This document shows, piece by piece, positions 49,233 to 59,853 of a stretch of 64,000 nt of DNA; position 1 is the first letter of the stretch, and each line of letters begins with the position of its first letter. A program made the position numbers and the translations under genes. Location of the stretch: assembly GCA_011364965.1 (NCBI GenBank), contig RDOB01000004.1:328769-392768 (forward strand), in the 5' to 3' direction. Origin of the DNA: Candidatus Heimdallarchaeota archaeon (GTDB lineage Archaea; Asgardarchaeota; Heimdallarchaeia; Hodarchaeales; Hodarchaeaceae). The notes below the pieces were generated by a model. The model was not told the origin of the DNA and searched no databases. It was given only the letters and a program-made list of their open reading frames with translations.

Positions 49233-50590
49233 CAGTCTTCACGCAACACCTCCCTGAAAAGTGGGGAACGGGAAGATTTCAGTCCGTAAAAGGCGGAGAA
49301 AGTACCGAGCTATGCATTGTAGAGTATCAGCTTGCTTAATTACGAATTGAGTCTCCTCAGTGATGAATATCTCTCCATATTCCTTGATCCTATTGATTAA
49401 AGTAGAGAAAACTACCCAGAGAGCGTCAATTATGACAGCAAGTCCGTAGAAGAACAATCGGAGCTGAGGTCGAATAGTGTTCGTCACTGGTTTAAATTCG
49501 TTAATACAGCGAATATCTGTCTCTACTATCCATCTTTTACTGTACAGCTTGACTACTGTTCGGGGGGAGACCTTACAATTGGTTAAATAGAGGAACAGGC
49601 AGTACACCCGTCTTTTAATCCGTAGTTTATGTTTGGTCTTTTGGCGTACAAAGACGCCTACGAGCGGCACGCGGGTTTGTTTCTTTCCTGTCGCCACGTG
49701 TTCGACTCGAAAGGTGTCTAATCCTTTTTTTCGGGCCCATTGTCCTAACGCGAGCCGATCCTCTAGATTCACTCCCGCTTGCCCTGCTAGGTTTCGCACG
49801 CAATCTTGAATTTCCTGGGACGCTTTTTTAATGGAGCCATGCCTGATTGCTGCAAAAACGTATTCAAGGTCTCTTTCTTCCATTAGCTGGATTACATCGT
49901 CTTGACAGAAACCCCGATCGAAAAGGCATCTCTTCGCCGGTAACCAGGGAAATAAATCGTCTAAGACACGACTAATCATCCCAACTTTATATTTTTTTCG
50001 CCTATTTGTCATTAAACAAATTGAGACAGGGCAACGGATGTTTCTAGTGGCAATTGAAACGATTAGAAAAGTAACTGCATAGTATGTTCCTTTTTTCTGA
50101 CCTGTTCCTAAGACCCAGTCGTAAGACGGTTCTCCATAAAAGGGTTGCTCGTATAAATCAAAAGCTAAAGTAATTTTACTTTTATGATGGAATCTAAGCC
50201 TTGACACGACTTCAAATAGGCAATAATTGAGATGTTGCTCGATTTGCGTCATTTCCAGCCCACTGATCCGTCTATGGACAGTATCTGCAGATGGTCCCTC
50301 TGTGGTCGAACAGATGTCCTCTAACGATGTTTTCTCTAAACACACTTGCATCAAGCGTTTGTAGATATCTCTAGGCTGCCAGGTACTTCTGTGGTCGTAC
50401 TCCCCCAAAATTTGTCTTGTTTCCTTACTATCGAAAAGTTTATAAAGCTCCTTTTCTAAGAATCTCTTGGTAGTTCGTTTAAATCTCATATGGAGATGTC
50501 ACCAATCTTTATATGAGGAACTACCATCATTTAAAGGTTTCTACCTACAAAGAAGTCTTCTGTGCTAGTTCCGTAGTTACGTGAAGACTG
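49233..50590 (-). mobile_element. Complete ISH3-family (IS4-like DDE) insertion sequence, 1358 bp
   Basis: 15-bp TIRs CAGTCTTCACG(C/T)AAC at 49233-49247 and 50576-50590; 7-bp TSD GAATTTC at 49226-49232 and 50591-50597; visibly more GC-rich than flanks. Confidence 0.92.
49239..50489 (-). CDS. DDE transposase (ISH3/IS4-type)
   Basis: PSADT, AFDLY, LFDRGF, YSKRWIVETDIR (YREK-like motif). Confidence 0.92.
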   Translation of the reverse strand: MRFKRTTKRFLEKELYKLFDSKETRQILGEYDHRSTWQPRDIYKRLMQVCLEKTSLEDICSTTEGPSADTVHRRISGLEMTQIEQHLNYCLFEVVSRLRFHHKSKITLAFDLYEQPFYGEPSYDWVLGTGQKKGTYYAVTFLIVSIATRNIRCPVSICLMTNRRKKYKVGMISRVLDDLFPWLPAKRCLFDRGFCQDDVIQLMEERDLEYVFAAIRHGSIKKASQEIQDCVRNLAGQAGVNLEDRLALGQWARKKGLDTFRVEHVATGKKQTRVPLVGVFVRQKTKHKLRIKRRVYCLFLYLTNCKVSPRTVVKLYSKRWIVETDIRCINEFKPVTNTIRPQLRLFFYGLAVIIDALWVVFSTLINRIKEYGEIFITEETQFVIKQADTLQCIARYFLRLLRTEIFPFPTFQGGVA

Positions 50591-51023
50591 GAATTTCAGG
50601 TTATTTTGGAATGATTAAAGATCGAGAATTCTTGACGAATTCAAGATTAATCTTGTTATAAGGGCTATATACACAATGGATTTGGAAAATGGTCAGTTAA
50701 AATATTCTAAAATCCTCATCAGGTTTCATCATCTTAATAATCATACGATCAATTTCACATTCTCTCTCTCCATTTGCATTATTACATCTTAAATGAAATC
50801 AATTGTAATATCAAGTAATTAGCTCTTCTTTTTCCCGAAATTGGTTTAAAATTCAAGCAGAAGGAAAAAAAACATTTAAAGGTAACTTGATTGTGGCCAA
50901 ATCAAATAAACAACCTCACTAACAGGTGCTAGTTTAAAGAAGAGATAATCATATCAAATTTCTTAAGTAGCTCTGTTATGAGAATCAAAAAAATTGTAAT
51001 TCAAATTTAGGCGGTAGTATTTT

Positions 51024-51824
51024 TTGGAAGTAAAGATATTAGACTATCGTGACAAATATGTTAAGTTCATCTTGTCGGATGCTTCACCAACTTTTGCCAA
51101 TACGCTTCGTAGAATGATGATGAGCGAAGTTCCTACCATGGCAATTGATGAAGTAATTATGATTGAAAATACTACTCCATTATACGATGAGATTGTTGCT
51201 CATAGATTAGGTTTAATTCCCTTAAAGACTGATTTGGATAGTTTTGTAAGACCTGAGCTTTGTACATGCGGGGGTCAAGGTTGTACTTCTTGTGAAGTAT
51301 CTATTACTCTTGAAAAAAGTGGAACTCAAGATGTAGAAGTTGTTTACTCTAATGAGTTGATATCTCAAGATCCCAAAATCATCCCAGTTTATCCAAATAT
51401 CCCAATCCTAAAACTCGCAAAAGATCAGAAAATCTTCTTAGAAGCTATCGCGCGGCTTGGAAGGGGTCTTGATCATGCCAAATGGCAACCAGTATCAACA
51501 GTTTCATATAAATATTATCCAGTAGTGAACTTTAATTTAGATAACTGCACCTATTGTGGAGATTGCGTTGAAGTTTGTCCGCGTGATATAATAAAGATTG
51601 AAGATGACGAAATAAAGGCTGTAAATGTTGAAAATTGCAGTCTATGCAATCAATGTGTTGATACTTGCGAGCTGGATGCAGTTTCCGTATCTACAAAACC
51701 TAATGAATTCATCTTTAAAGTTGAAAGTACGGGGGCTCTATCTGTAAAGAGAATACTTACTGAATCATTAAAACTACTTAAAGATAAATCTGAGGAATTC
51801 AAAACTCTTATTGACGAATTCTAG
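51024..51824 (+). CDS. rpo3: RNA polymerase subunit Rpo3/D with ferredoxin domain
   Basis: ANTLRR..EVPTMAID, DEIVAHRLGLIP, HAKWQP, two CxxCxxCxxxC motifs. Confidence 0.96.
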   Translation: MEVKILDYRDKYVKFILSDASPTFANTLRRMMMSEVPTMAIDEVIMIENTTPLYDEIVAHRLGLIPLKTDLDSFVRPELCTCGGQGCTSCEVSITLEKSGTQDVEVVYSNELISQDPKIIPVYPNIPILKLAKDQKIFLEAIARLGRGLDHAKWQPVSTVSYKYYPVVNFNLDNCTYCGDCVEVCPRDIIKIEDDEIKAVNVENCSLCNQCVDTCELDAVSVSTKPNEFIFKVESTGALSVKRILTESLKLLKDKSEEFKTLIDEF

Positions 51825-51826
51825 GA

Positions 51827-52201
51827 GTGAAACAGAACATGTTAACCAAAGGACGAACTGATCCAAATAAAATTGCGCTTATTCGAAAATTACGAAGTGC
51901 AGCTACTAAAAATCAAGCAAAAATCTGGAAAATTTTAGCAAGTGAATTATCCAAATCAAATCGGAAAAGAGTAGCCATCAATTTGTCTCAAATTAATAGA
52001 AATTCCTCGAAAGGAGATATTATTCTTGTTCCAGGTAAGGTTCTAGGCGCTGGGAATTTAGGACATAATTTAGAGATCGCTGCAGAATCTTTCTCTGAAT
52101 CTGCTCAATTAAAAATTCAAGAAACTGGAGGGTCCTGTATCTCAATTGAAGAGTTATTAAACAAGAACCCCTCAGGATCTGGAGTCCGATTAATGAAATA
52201 G
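51827..52201 (+). CDS. rpl18e: 50S ribosomal protein L18e
   Basis: AKIWK, INLSQINR, VPGKVLGAG, FSESA..KI. Confidence 0.95.
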   Translation: MKQNMLTKGRTDPNKIALIRKLRSAATKNQAKIWKILASELSKSNRKRVAINLSQINRNSSKGDIILVPGKVLGAGNLGHNLEIAAESFSESAQLKIQETGGSCISIEELLNKNPSGSGVRLMK

Positions 52202-52212
52202 AAGGGTAGAAT

Positions 52213-52653
52213 ATGGTTGATCTTACTCAATTTGATGATGCTCATATCATTGATGCAGAAAATGCTGTTATCGGGCGCTTAGCTAGCATTGTAGCCAAAA
52301 GACTACTAAGTGGAGAAAAAATCATCCTAATAAATGCTAATAAGGGGATTATATCTGGAAATCCTAATACAATCGCTAAATCATATTTGCAGAGGTGGAA
52401 GATTAAAACGAAATCAAATCCTCTGAAGGGTCCCTTTTTTCCTCGTCAACCGGATCAAATTTTAAAAAGAACTGTTCGAGGAATGCTTCCATATAAAAAA
52501 AGCCGAGGGAAAGACGCTTATGGGAGACTATTGGTGTTCAAGGAAAAACCTGATTTATTCTCTGATAGAAATATCGAAACGATTCCCGAAGTTCTCAATA
52601 CAAACCCAAAATCACCTTATATTACGCTTGCAGAATTACAAACCAAAATTTGA
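52213..52653 (+). CDS. rpl13: 50S ribosomal protein uL13
   Basis: IDAENAVIGRLAS.VAK, GPFFPR.P, RTVRGMLP. Confidence 0.95.
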   Translation: MVDLTQFDDAHIIDAENAVIGRLASIVAKRLLSGEKIILINANKGIISGNPNTIAKSYLQRWKIKTKSNPLKGPFFPRQPDQILKRTVRGMLPYKKSRGKDAYGRLLVFKEKPDLFSDRNIETIPEVLNTNPKSPYITLAELQTKI

Positions 52654-52665
52654 GGTTCTAATATC

Positions 52666-53067
52666 ATGAAAAGCATTTTAAGAAGTGGAAAACGTCGAAC
52701 AGCAATTGCTCGTGCTATAATTAAAGATGGAAAAGGTAGAGTTTTAATTAATGGAAAACCCTTAGAAGTTATTGAGCCTAAAATTGTAAGGATGAAATTA
52801 ACTGAACCATTCCTTCTTCTGAAAGAAAAACTCCGGACAAGCATAGATATAACTGTTAAAGTTAAAGGTGGCGGATTCATGGGACAAGCAGATGCAGCTA
52901 GGATAGCTATTGCACGAGCATTGTTAGCATGGAGCAATTCAGAGGAATTAAGGCTTAAATTCCTTGAATATGATCGTCATATGATTGTTGGTGATCCAAG
53001 AAGACGAGAACCGAAACATTTTGGTGGACCAGGAGCAAGAGCGAAATACACCAAAAGTTATCGATAA
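52666..53067 (+). CDS. rps9: 30S ribosomal protein uS9
   Basis: GKRRTAIARA, GGGFMGQA, DPRRREPKHFGGPGARAKYTKSYR. Confidence 0.96.
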   Translation: MKSILRSGKRRTAIARAIIKDGKGRVLINGKPLEVIEPKIVRMKLTEPFLLLKEKLRTSIDITVKVKGGGFMGQADAARIAIARALLAWSNSEELRLKFLEYDRHMIVGDPRRREPKHFGGPGARAKYTKSYR

Positions 53068-53127
53068 ATCACAATACTTATTTAAGTATACTATAGGACA
53101 ATCTCTGCTATACTTTTTATATCAAAA

Positions 53128-53230
53128 GGGCCCATGGCTTAGCCTGGTTAAAGCGCTCGGCTGATAACCGAGATGGCATTCAGAGTGAATGCCAAGGTAG
53201 AGATCCCCGGTTCAAATCCGGGTGGGCCCA
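53128..53230 (+). tRNA. tRNA-Ile(GAT) with 28-nt non-canonical intron (~43/44; 53173-53200)
   Basis: GGGCCCA/TGGGCCC acceptor; CTCGG-CT-GAT-AA-CCGAG; intron hairpin TGGCATTCA/TGAATGCCA with AGA bulges. Confidence 0.92.
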
Positions 53231-53277
53231 CTTTATTACCATTTTATCATCATTAATAAACTCATTATCACTACTAC

Positions 53278-54642
53278 TTAGGTGATCGATGTCGTTTCTA
53301 TCTTTAAATTCCTATTTTGTAGCAAATTTTTTGATGGATTAGTGATTTGAATAAGAAGAAGATTTAATAACATTATAAATCTTGAATGATCTTTTATGAA
53401 ATTTTCTGTCTTATTATATTGGGCTAACAGACAAATTAGATGGTGAATCGAAAGATGCTTTTGCAATTCTGATATAATAGTGATTTGTTCATTTTTATAC
53501 TCTTCATCTAAGATAATTTTAATTAATTTAACCAACTTTTCGTTCTTCACTAATTTTTGGCAATATTCTTTTCTCCTATTGCACTTTTCTAATTTATTGC
53601 TAATTTCGAGATCTAAATTCTGACCTAAATTACATAATTCATAACAGATAGAATTTTTCTTCAATTTTATGTTTGGAACTTTTTTCAATTCCAAATCAGA
53701 TTTTAATTGGATGGTTTTTCTATCTTTTTCACTATCATATGGGTTTTTATTTAGATTCATCATTTTAAGTTTAATAATGAAGTGTTGAATCCCCTCCTCG
53801 AATGTAATAGTCTCTTCTTTCGATAATAAATAGTTAAATCGTGCATTTTTGAGACTTTTTGCTTCCCAAATTCCCTTATTTCCTCCTTGCTTAGAAAATG
53901 CAATTAGATAGCTTAAGAATTTAAATTTCTGACTTGTTTTATACTCCTCCTTTTCATATAGTTGAGTTAAAGATTTTTCTTCCGATTTTAGATATTTTGA
54001 AACAAGAACAATTCTGGAACCAGAGAAATTAGACTTTGACTCATTAAAATAATAATTCGCTAAAATGAAATTTTCACCCTCTTGAAGAATATAATTTTTT
54101 CCCATTTTCACGAAACGTTGGTTTTGGAAGAATTTTAAGATATCTTCCGCCGATAAACTTTTTAAATTTGGGAGTATTATGTCGAGAATCGCCCTTGATC
54201 TTTCTAATCGTTCTTTTAACTCTCGATAGGAACCTGCGTACAAAAAACACTTCAAGTTTTTCTTTCTACAATCCAACTCAATAGAAAACTCTTCTAGGTT
54301 CTTTAATTGTCTCATTTCTTCTAAGAAAATGGAACTCAAGTTATCAGATTCGGAAATACTAATCCAAAGTGAGTAATCCTCTATATAAACCATTCCCGGT
54401 TCTTTAATATGGAATTTAAGAGAATATATATCCGTTTTCCAGTATTCAAATATGTCTTTGAGTATTAAATAGAGTATAAGAGCTATTGGTAAATAATTCA
54501 CCTTATTCAAAAAAATATTGACTTCTTGATTAAAAAAAATAATTTCTTGAGTAACAAAATCAAGAACTATTATCAGCAAGATCGTTAAAAATCCAATAAG
54601 GCCAAAATTTCTTATTTTCTTCTGTATTTTTATCCTCACCAT
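53278..54642 (-). CDS. Hypothetical protein, two N-terminal TMs plus large soluble domain
   Basis: Long ORF; likely start MVRIK (ATG 54642) just after the stop of the upstream gene. Confidence 0.7.
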   Translation of the reverse strand: MVRIKIQKKIRNFGLIGFLTILLIIVLDFVTQEIIFFNQEVNIFLNKVNYLPIALILYLILKDIFEYWKTDIYSLKFHIKEPGMVYIEDYSLWISISESDNLSSIFLEEMRQLKNLEEFSIELDCRKKNLKCFLYAGSYRELKERLERSRAILDIILPNLKSLSAEDILKFFQNQRFVKMGKNYILQEGENFILANYYFNESKSNFSGSRIVLVSKYLKSEEKSLTQLYEKEEYKTSQKFKFLSYLIAFSKQGGNKGIWEAKSLKNARFNYLLSKEETITFEEGIQHFIIKLKMMNLNKNPYDSEKDRKTIQLKSDLELKKVPNIKLKKNSICYELCNLGQNLDLEISNKLEKCNRRKEYCQKLVKNEKLVKLIKIILDEEYKNEQITIISELQKHLSIHHLICLLAQYNKTENFIKDHSRFIMLLNLLLIQITNPSKNLLQNRNLKIETTSIT

Positions 54643-54655
54643 ATTTTTGAGTAAT

Positions 54656-57600
54656 TTAAAAAAGAGGCGATCTTTTTTTCTTGATTTTTTTAACGATATA
54701 GAATGGAGATCCAACAAGTAGAGAAAGCAATACCGCTGGATATGTCTGGATAATGAATTCCTCTAAATTGTAATTATTTGGCCAATTGATGGTAACTAGG
54801 AACTCTTCGGTTCTAAATACATTTCCAGCCCTATCAATAGCTATGATAGTGATATAGTTCCTATTTTTCTCCAAACTGAAGTTGAAAACATTATATTGCT
54901 TATCGCTTATATGATAGAAGAAGGGAATGTCATTAATTAAGATAGTAAGATTTTCTCCACCTGATGCAGTTTCTGGTTCAATAACATAAGTGTGAAGTCT
55001 TAATACATTATCACCGAAAATTTCATATGAATAATCCACCATTGGTGCTTCAGTATCTATTATTGAGAAAAATTGACTTTGACTTCGAATTTGAAAATCC
55101 GAAAACGGATTAATTGACAAGTATACATTACAAGAGGAATTCCAATTCATTTTTGGAAAGAAGGCCGTAATTGTACTTTCCTGAGGATTAGTTTCAATCT
55201 GTTTGCTAGTATTGTGGCACAACAGAGAATATTGATTATCTAGTTCATAATAAACAGAGTATTCAAAGCTTACAGGACTTTTTACTTCCCAGCTTCCTAT
55301 AATTGAATCATAATAGTTATATTCATTTTCAAAAGGAATTAACTCTTTTATTTCAATTCCATAGATATCTGCTTCCAAATAAATGCGTAATTGAACTCCA
55401 CTCACAATATTAAGGTTTGAAATTGAATATACAAGGTTATTAAATACAATCGTATACAGAGTGGTAATTTCCCTGTAAATAGAGTCATAAATAGTTATAT
55501 TTGAAATTGGTAGTCCAAATTTCTTTAAATTGATATTTACAGTAAAATTGTTAACAGTGGTATTTGAATATACTTCCATTGACAATTTAAACCGTGAAAG
55601 GACTGTTTCGATTTTCATAAATGCTAAAGGACCTGCAAGTTCAAGAATTAAGATATCTGAGGTGTTTGTGGTAGCAAGAAAGCTCCAAAATATGAGATCT
55701 TGGGTAATAAGGGTTGATATTACATAATGATCACGAATTACAGAAACAGAGAGGATTTTCCCTTGGTAAGATGGAATCGATGCAAACCATTCTGATCCAT
55801 TTTCAGGATATAATATCCTGTAATAGATATAAAAGCTGGAGTTGGCATAAATCGATGATCGCTCAATTTCTGTCAAATAAACTATTTCATGATCCTCTAA
55901 AAGGGAATTATTTGAGAGTTCTAGATGGAATTCCTGAAAAATTATGGTTTTTTCATCAATTTTACCTTCAATACCAAAATCAAGCCAATTGTCTGAAGTA
56001 TAATCTGATATCTCAAGACTTAAGTCCAAAATTCCCTCTGAATTAGTAATGCCTACATATATTGGTATATTATTGAACCATAATAAAATAAATACACCTG
56101 GTAGGATTTGATAACTATTCAGATCGATTGTATAATATGTGTATATACGAAAAGTCAAATTGTCTTCTGTGTAAAGAAAATTCGGAAAATTTTCTAATTC
56201 CCAATGAAATGAAGAGTATAAAACCCTTAAATTTAGATTTTCAGTAGCAAATAGATCATTTCCATCATATGCGAAGATATCAAAAGAGTAATTTCCTTCA
56301 AGCAATCCTACAGCTGCTATTGTTAGAATATAATCATTGTTTAGTGTATGTTTAAATGAATAATAACGATCTGTTGTCATCATGACAACATTGATTGAAC
56401 TTGAAAGAACCTTATAATTCTGAAGATATAAACTTAAATTCAGGAAGAGCGGTTGAAATCGGAATATTTCAATCATTTGAGGGCAATTAAACCTGATTTC
56501 TAATTCTTGGGAACTTCCATCATGTATAACAACAAATCCATTTATCACTCCAAATTCCCATGAATTTGTATAATTCACAGTAAGTTTAATGAGTCCAATA
56601 GGAAATTCCTCCGTAATTTCTATACCTGGAAAAATAAAACTTGCATTCACCATAGCTGCAGTAGTTCGAGTCTGAATAAATGATCCATTTTCAAGAAATA
56701 GCGAAATATCACCCCCCAATGGATTCTGTAAATTTCCCCGAACCTCAAGATATTCTCCTATAATTATATCCCTAGAAAATGTCACATCGGAAATATAATT
56801 TGGTACACTTGCCTTAAAACTGACTCTTTCTTGATCAGTTATATCAAGCATGAAAAATTCAACATTTATATATTCATTTACGATATGCGATCGATTTAAG
56901 GTTGTAAATGAATGTGAATTATTTATTACACTTAATTGATCCCAATCAGTAGGAATTGGAAGAATAATAATCCTTTTATCGTTAAAGATACTGTGATTTA
57001 CAACTTCTAAGTCCATTTGTAATAGTAGTTGGGTATCATTCCATTCTTTTATATACCATGAGCAATTGTTCTTACTAATCCTGGTAATGTTTGTTTCTAA
57101 TAGCGTCCTCGCGTTCTGTGCCCATGGAGTGGTTTCGTAAGCAATAAATGTGAAATTAGCAGTGAAAAATTCGATATACAATGTTCCATTGTCACTAATA
57201 TAGGTATTTTCATTAATTTGATAGATAATTGGGATAGTTTTCAGGAGTGTTGTATAATATTGAATGTTATCTATATTTAATTCTAAATAGAAATCTGGGG
57301 TAAAAGTGATCATATAACAAAATACTGTTTCCAAATTATTGAAATTATTATATTTATCCTGTGAAATGTAGGATTCAATCACTTTAGTCAAATTTAGCGA
57401 TATTTTTCTCCAGTTAAATGGCATCGAGTCGTTACAGAAGATATAAAGGGAATTTGATCCTTCGGGTCTGGTAAGATTCGCCTCAAGATGAGCACCGAAA
57501 TCTCCCCCTAGAGAAGACAAAATAAAAAAAATGGAACTCTGATTGAATCGGAATTCTAAAGCTAATGTATGAGGTGAGGTCTGTAAATTCGAGCTGATAA

Positions 57601-58165
57601 TAGGAATCCTGAAGTTAAAGGAAATTAACGTCAAAAATTCCGAAGGAGAGGGAAGGGGAATTTCTCCAAATTTCGTGTTACTTATCCCATATCCTCCATT
57701 TCCTGTATCAGTAAAATTAAGAGTAAAAAAGGTATTATTATCTTCAAACTGAGTTGAAGCATTTACATCGTCATAACTTGGTTCTAATCCATTTTTCCAA
57801 GTATTTAAAATACCATCAGAAGTGATATTTAAATTACTACTTGTAACACTAGATTCAAGTGTGAAATTCATTAGGTCATCGTTTTGAAATACGTATGAGT
57901 CATTTGTTTGCAGATCGTTGATATTTAAGTACTCTTCAATAACACAAGTTGATGATTCCACATTATCTGAAGAGCTTATCTTTGCATCTAATTTACTATT
58001 AAAAATAAGGCTTGATTGAGTCATTAATTGACCTTGTTCAAAGGAAGTAACATAAAAAGGTGTATAACTATCATTAACACAAATGGTTGGCAGAAGAAAT
58101 GAAAGACTTAAGGCTAAAAAAAGAAATGTTCGAAAAATTATCCAAGATCTCATTTTATATACCAA
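54656..58165 (-). CDS. Large (1169 aa) secreted, C-terminally anchored surface glycoprotein with Ig-like repeats
   Basis: Signal peptide, very many NxS/T sequons, DTEAP..AIDRAGN Ig-like motif, C-terminal TM followed by a Lys-rich tail. Confidence 0.8.
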   Translation of the reverse strand: MVYKMRSWIIFRTFLFLALSLSFLLPTICVNDSYTPFYVTSFEQGQLMTQSSLIFNSKLDAKISSSDNVESSTCVIEEYLNINDLQTNDSYVFQNDDLMNFTLESSVTSSNLNITSDGILNTWKNGLEPSYDDVNASTQFEDNNTFFTLNFTDTGNGGYGISNTKFGEIPLPSPSEFLTLISFNFRIPIISSNLQTSPHTLALEFRFNQSSIFFILSSLGGDFGAHLEANLTRPEGSNSLYIFCNDSMPFNWRKISLNLTKVIESYISQDKYNNFNNLETVFCYMITFTPDFYLELNIDNIQYYTTLLKTIPIIYQINENTYISDNGTLYIEFFTANFTFIAYETTPWAQNARTLLETNITRISKNNCSWYIKEWNDTQLLLQMDLEVVNHSIFNDKRIIILPIPTDWDQLSVINNSHSFTTLNRSHIVNEYINVEFFMLDITDQERVSFKASVPNYISDVTFSRDIIIGEYLEVRGNLQNPLGGDISLFLENGSFIQTRTTAAMVNASFIFPGIEITEEFPIGLIKLTVNYTNSWEFGVINGFVVIHDGSSQELEIRFNCPQMIEIFRFQPLFLNLSLYLQNYKVLSSSINVVMMTTDRYYSFKHTLNNDYILTIAAVGLLEGNYSFDIFAYDGNDLFATENLNLRVLYSSFHWELENFPNFLYTEDNLTFRIYTYYTIDLNSYQILPGVFILLWFNNIPIYVGITNSEGILDLSLEISDYTSDNWLDFGIEGKIDEKTIIFQEFHLELSNNSLLEDHEIVYLTEIERSSIYANSSFYIYYRILYPENGSEWFASIPSYQGKILSVSVIRDHYVISTLITQDLIFWSFLATTNTSDILILELAGPLAFMKIETVLSRFKLSMEVYSNTTVNNFTVNINLKKFGLPISNITIYDSIYREITTLYTIVFNNLVYSISNLNIVSGVQLRIYLEADIYGIEIKELIPFENEYNYYDSIIGSWEVKSPVSFEYSVYYELDNQYSLLCHNTSKQIETNPQESTITAFFPKMNWNSSCNVYLSINPFSDFQIRSQSQFFSIIDTEAPMVDYSYEIFGDNVLRLHTYVIEPETASGGENLTILINDIPFFYHISDKQYNVFNFSLEKNRNYITIIAIDRAGNVFRTEEFLVTINWPNNYNLEEFIIQTYPAVLLSLLVGSPFYIVKKIKKKRSPLF

Positions 58166-58244
58166 TCCTTCACCAAAAAGCCTTGGTTATATCCTAAAGT
58201 AGAATATCTTGGGCCTTAATATCCTCCCAAAAATATGATTTTTG

Positions 58245-59741
58245 TTAGAAACTGGTTAAAAAAATGCTCCTTACTCCCCAATATAAGATTACAAATAACA
58301 GAAACTTTATTATTTTAAATGATAAACCAAACTGGAGAATTTCACCTTTTCTTAGTCTTGATAAATTGAAGTTTTTCAATGGAAGGAGAGATAGTGTGAG
58401 TGCAACTAGAAAAAATTCCAATTCAAAAGGAGATATTAAATTTAAATTAAGAGGTTGACGAAAAGAGTAATTTACTGCCATTTCCACAAACAGAAAAATA
58501 GGACTTGCCCCCGCGATGGAAGCTAATGAAATTATTGATAACAATTGAATTACATTTTCTTGTAATGCTATTGCTCGCAATTTAGCCCTCCCTTTATTAA
58601 GTAACTCGTTAGTTTTAGATAAATCTTGGGTGATTTTTAGAGTTTTTTCCCCTGCCTCAACTGGGTCTAGCAATGCATACTTCTCAACGAGATTGAGCAA
58701 ATATATGGTTCTTCGTTTAAAAAGTGTTTCAAGGAGGTCATTTTTCGATTTTTCTTTTCCATCTAATTGAGTTTGCACAAAATCCTTGGTGATCGACAAC
58801 TCTAATTTATTACGATATATTTTCATTGACTGATTCATACTTTTTGCAAATGAGAATCCTCGTGAAAGATACTCAGCTAGCAAAACTAGGAACTCAATCT
58901 CATGAGCATCATATGAGAGCGTATCAACATTATTAGTGCTGAAAAAACCAATTTCACTATCTCCTTGTAAAAAAAGTGATATTATGGTAATAGAGCCTGG
59001 AATCAAAATCCCTAATATGCTACTCATCTTTCCTGAAATTAATAAAAAGCATAAAACAATTGGTGGACTTAAGAATATTAATCCTGATGATAATGAAGTC
59101 CAAATCTCTATTTTTTCAGTTTTTTCAATAATTTTTTCTGCTAGTTTGGCAATAATTAGATTTTTATTTAATAAAGTAATATTTTTTCCATAATCCCATG
59201 TATCTATAATTAATACAAGTGTTTCACTTATTTGTTTTGGCAATAAAATACTAAAATTGGCTTTTAACAGCTCAGGGAGTACATTCCCAAAATGCGCCTC
59301 AAGGAGTGCATTTGAGAAAATATCTGAATAGAATGGATAATTTCCCATTGAAACATATTTCACAGCATTTCTCAGAGATTTTGAAGTTTCTAAGATGATT
59401 AATAATTCATTCATAACAAAATATCCAATAGTTTCCATTTTAAATTGAAATTTATTGAATTTCAAACGAATAAGATAATTTATTCCCCTTAAAGCTAAAA
59501 AAAATAATGAGAGCTGAATTAAACCAAAAATGAAATAAGTTCCTTGAGATATTATCAACTGAAATGCGAAGACTGCTATTGAAAATCCAAAAATAATCTT
59601 TTGCAGCTTTTCAATTCTTTCTTTATTAATTTTATATCCGTTCAGTAAAGGAATGTGGATTTGATGATTTTCCAAGAACTCATAATTTCCTATTATAGAT
59701 TCTGTTAAGTTTGAAAAAAGGAATGTTAAATTCCGGCTCAT
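58245..59741 (-). CDS. Polytopic TadB/TadC (T2SSF/FlaJ)-like platform protein, divergent
   Basis: Two repeats of TM-cytosolic helical domain-TM; LETSKSLRNAVKYV and LAEYLSRGFSFAKSM resemble T2SSF 'G.sl..Al' motifs; TadA-like gene nearby. Confidence 0.55.
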   Translation of the reverse strand: MSRNLTFLFSNLTESIIGNYEFLENHQIHIPLLNGYKINKERIEKLQKIIFGFSIAVFAFQLIISQGTYFIFGLIQLSLFFLALRGINYLIRLKFNKFQFKMETIGYFVMNELLIILETSKSLRNAVKYVSMGNYPFYSDIFSNALLEAHFGNVLPELLKANFSILLPKQISETLVLIIDTWDYGKNITLLNKNLIIAKLAEKIIEKTEKIEIWTSLSSGLIFLSPPIVLCFLLISGKMSSILGILIPGSITIISLFLQGDSEIGFFSTNNVDTLSYDAHEIEFLVLLAEYLSRGFSFAKSMNQSMKIYRNKLELSITKDFVQTQLDGKEKSKNDLLETLFKRRTIYLLNLVEKYALLDPVEAGEKTLKITQDLSKTNELLNKGRAKLRAIALQENVIQLLSIISLASIAGASPIFLFVEMAVNYSFRQPLNLNLISPFELEFFLVALTLSLLPLKNFNLSRLRKGEILQFGLSFKIIKFLLFVILYWGVRSIFLTSF

Positions 59742-59853
59742 TTGTATCTATCCGACGCCTGTAAATGGAATCAGTTTCCGAAAATCTAGCTACAATAAAA
59801 ATAAATAATTAGTATATCTTCTCATAAGTTTCCCTTTCTCATTCCGATTTTTC

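Noticed and set aside
50690-50740. Minus-strand ATGATGA..CTGA..TGAGGA..CTGA resembling a box C/D RNA
   Set aside because: First spacer is only about 3 nt, the second is very AT-rich, and no target was identified; may be chance
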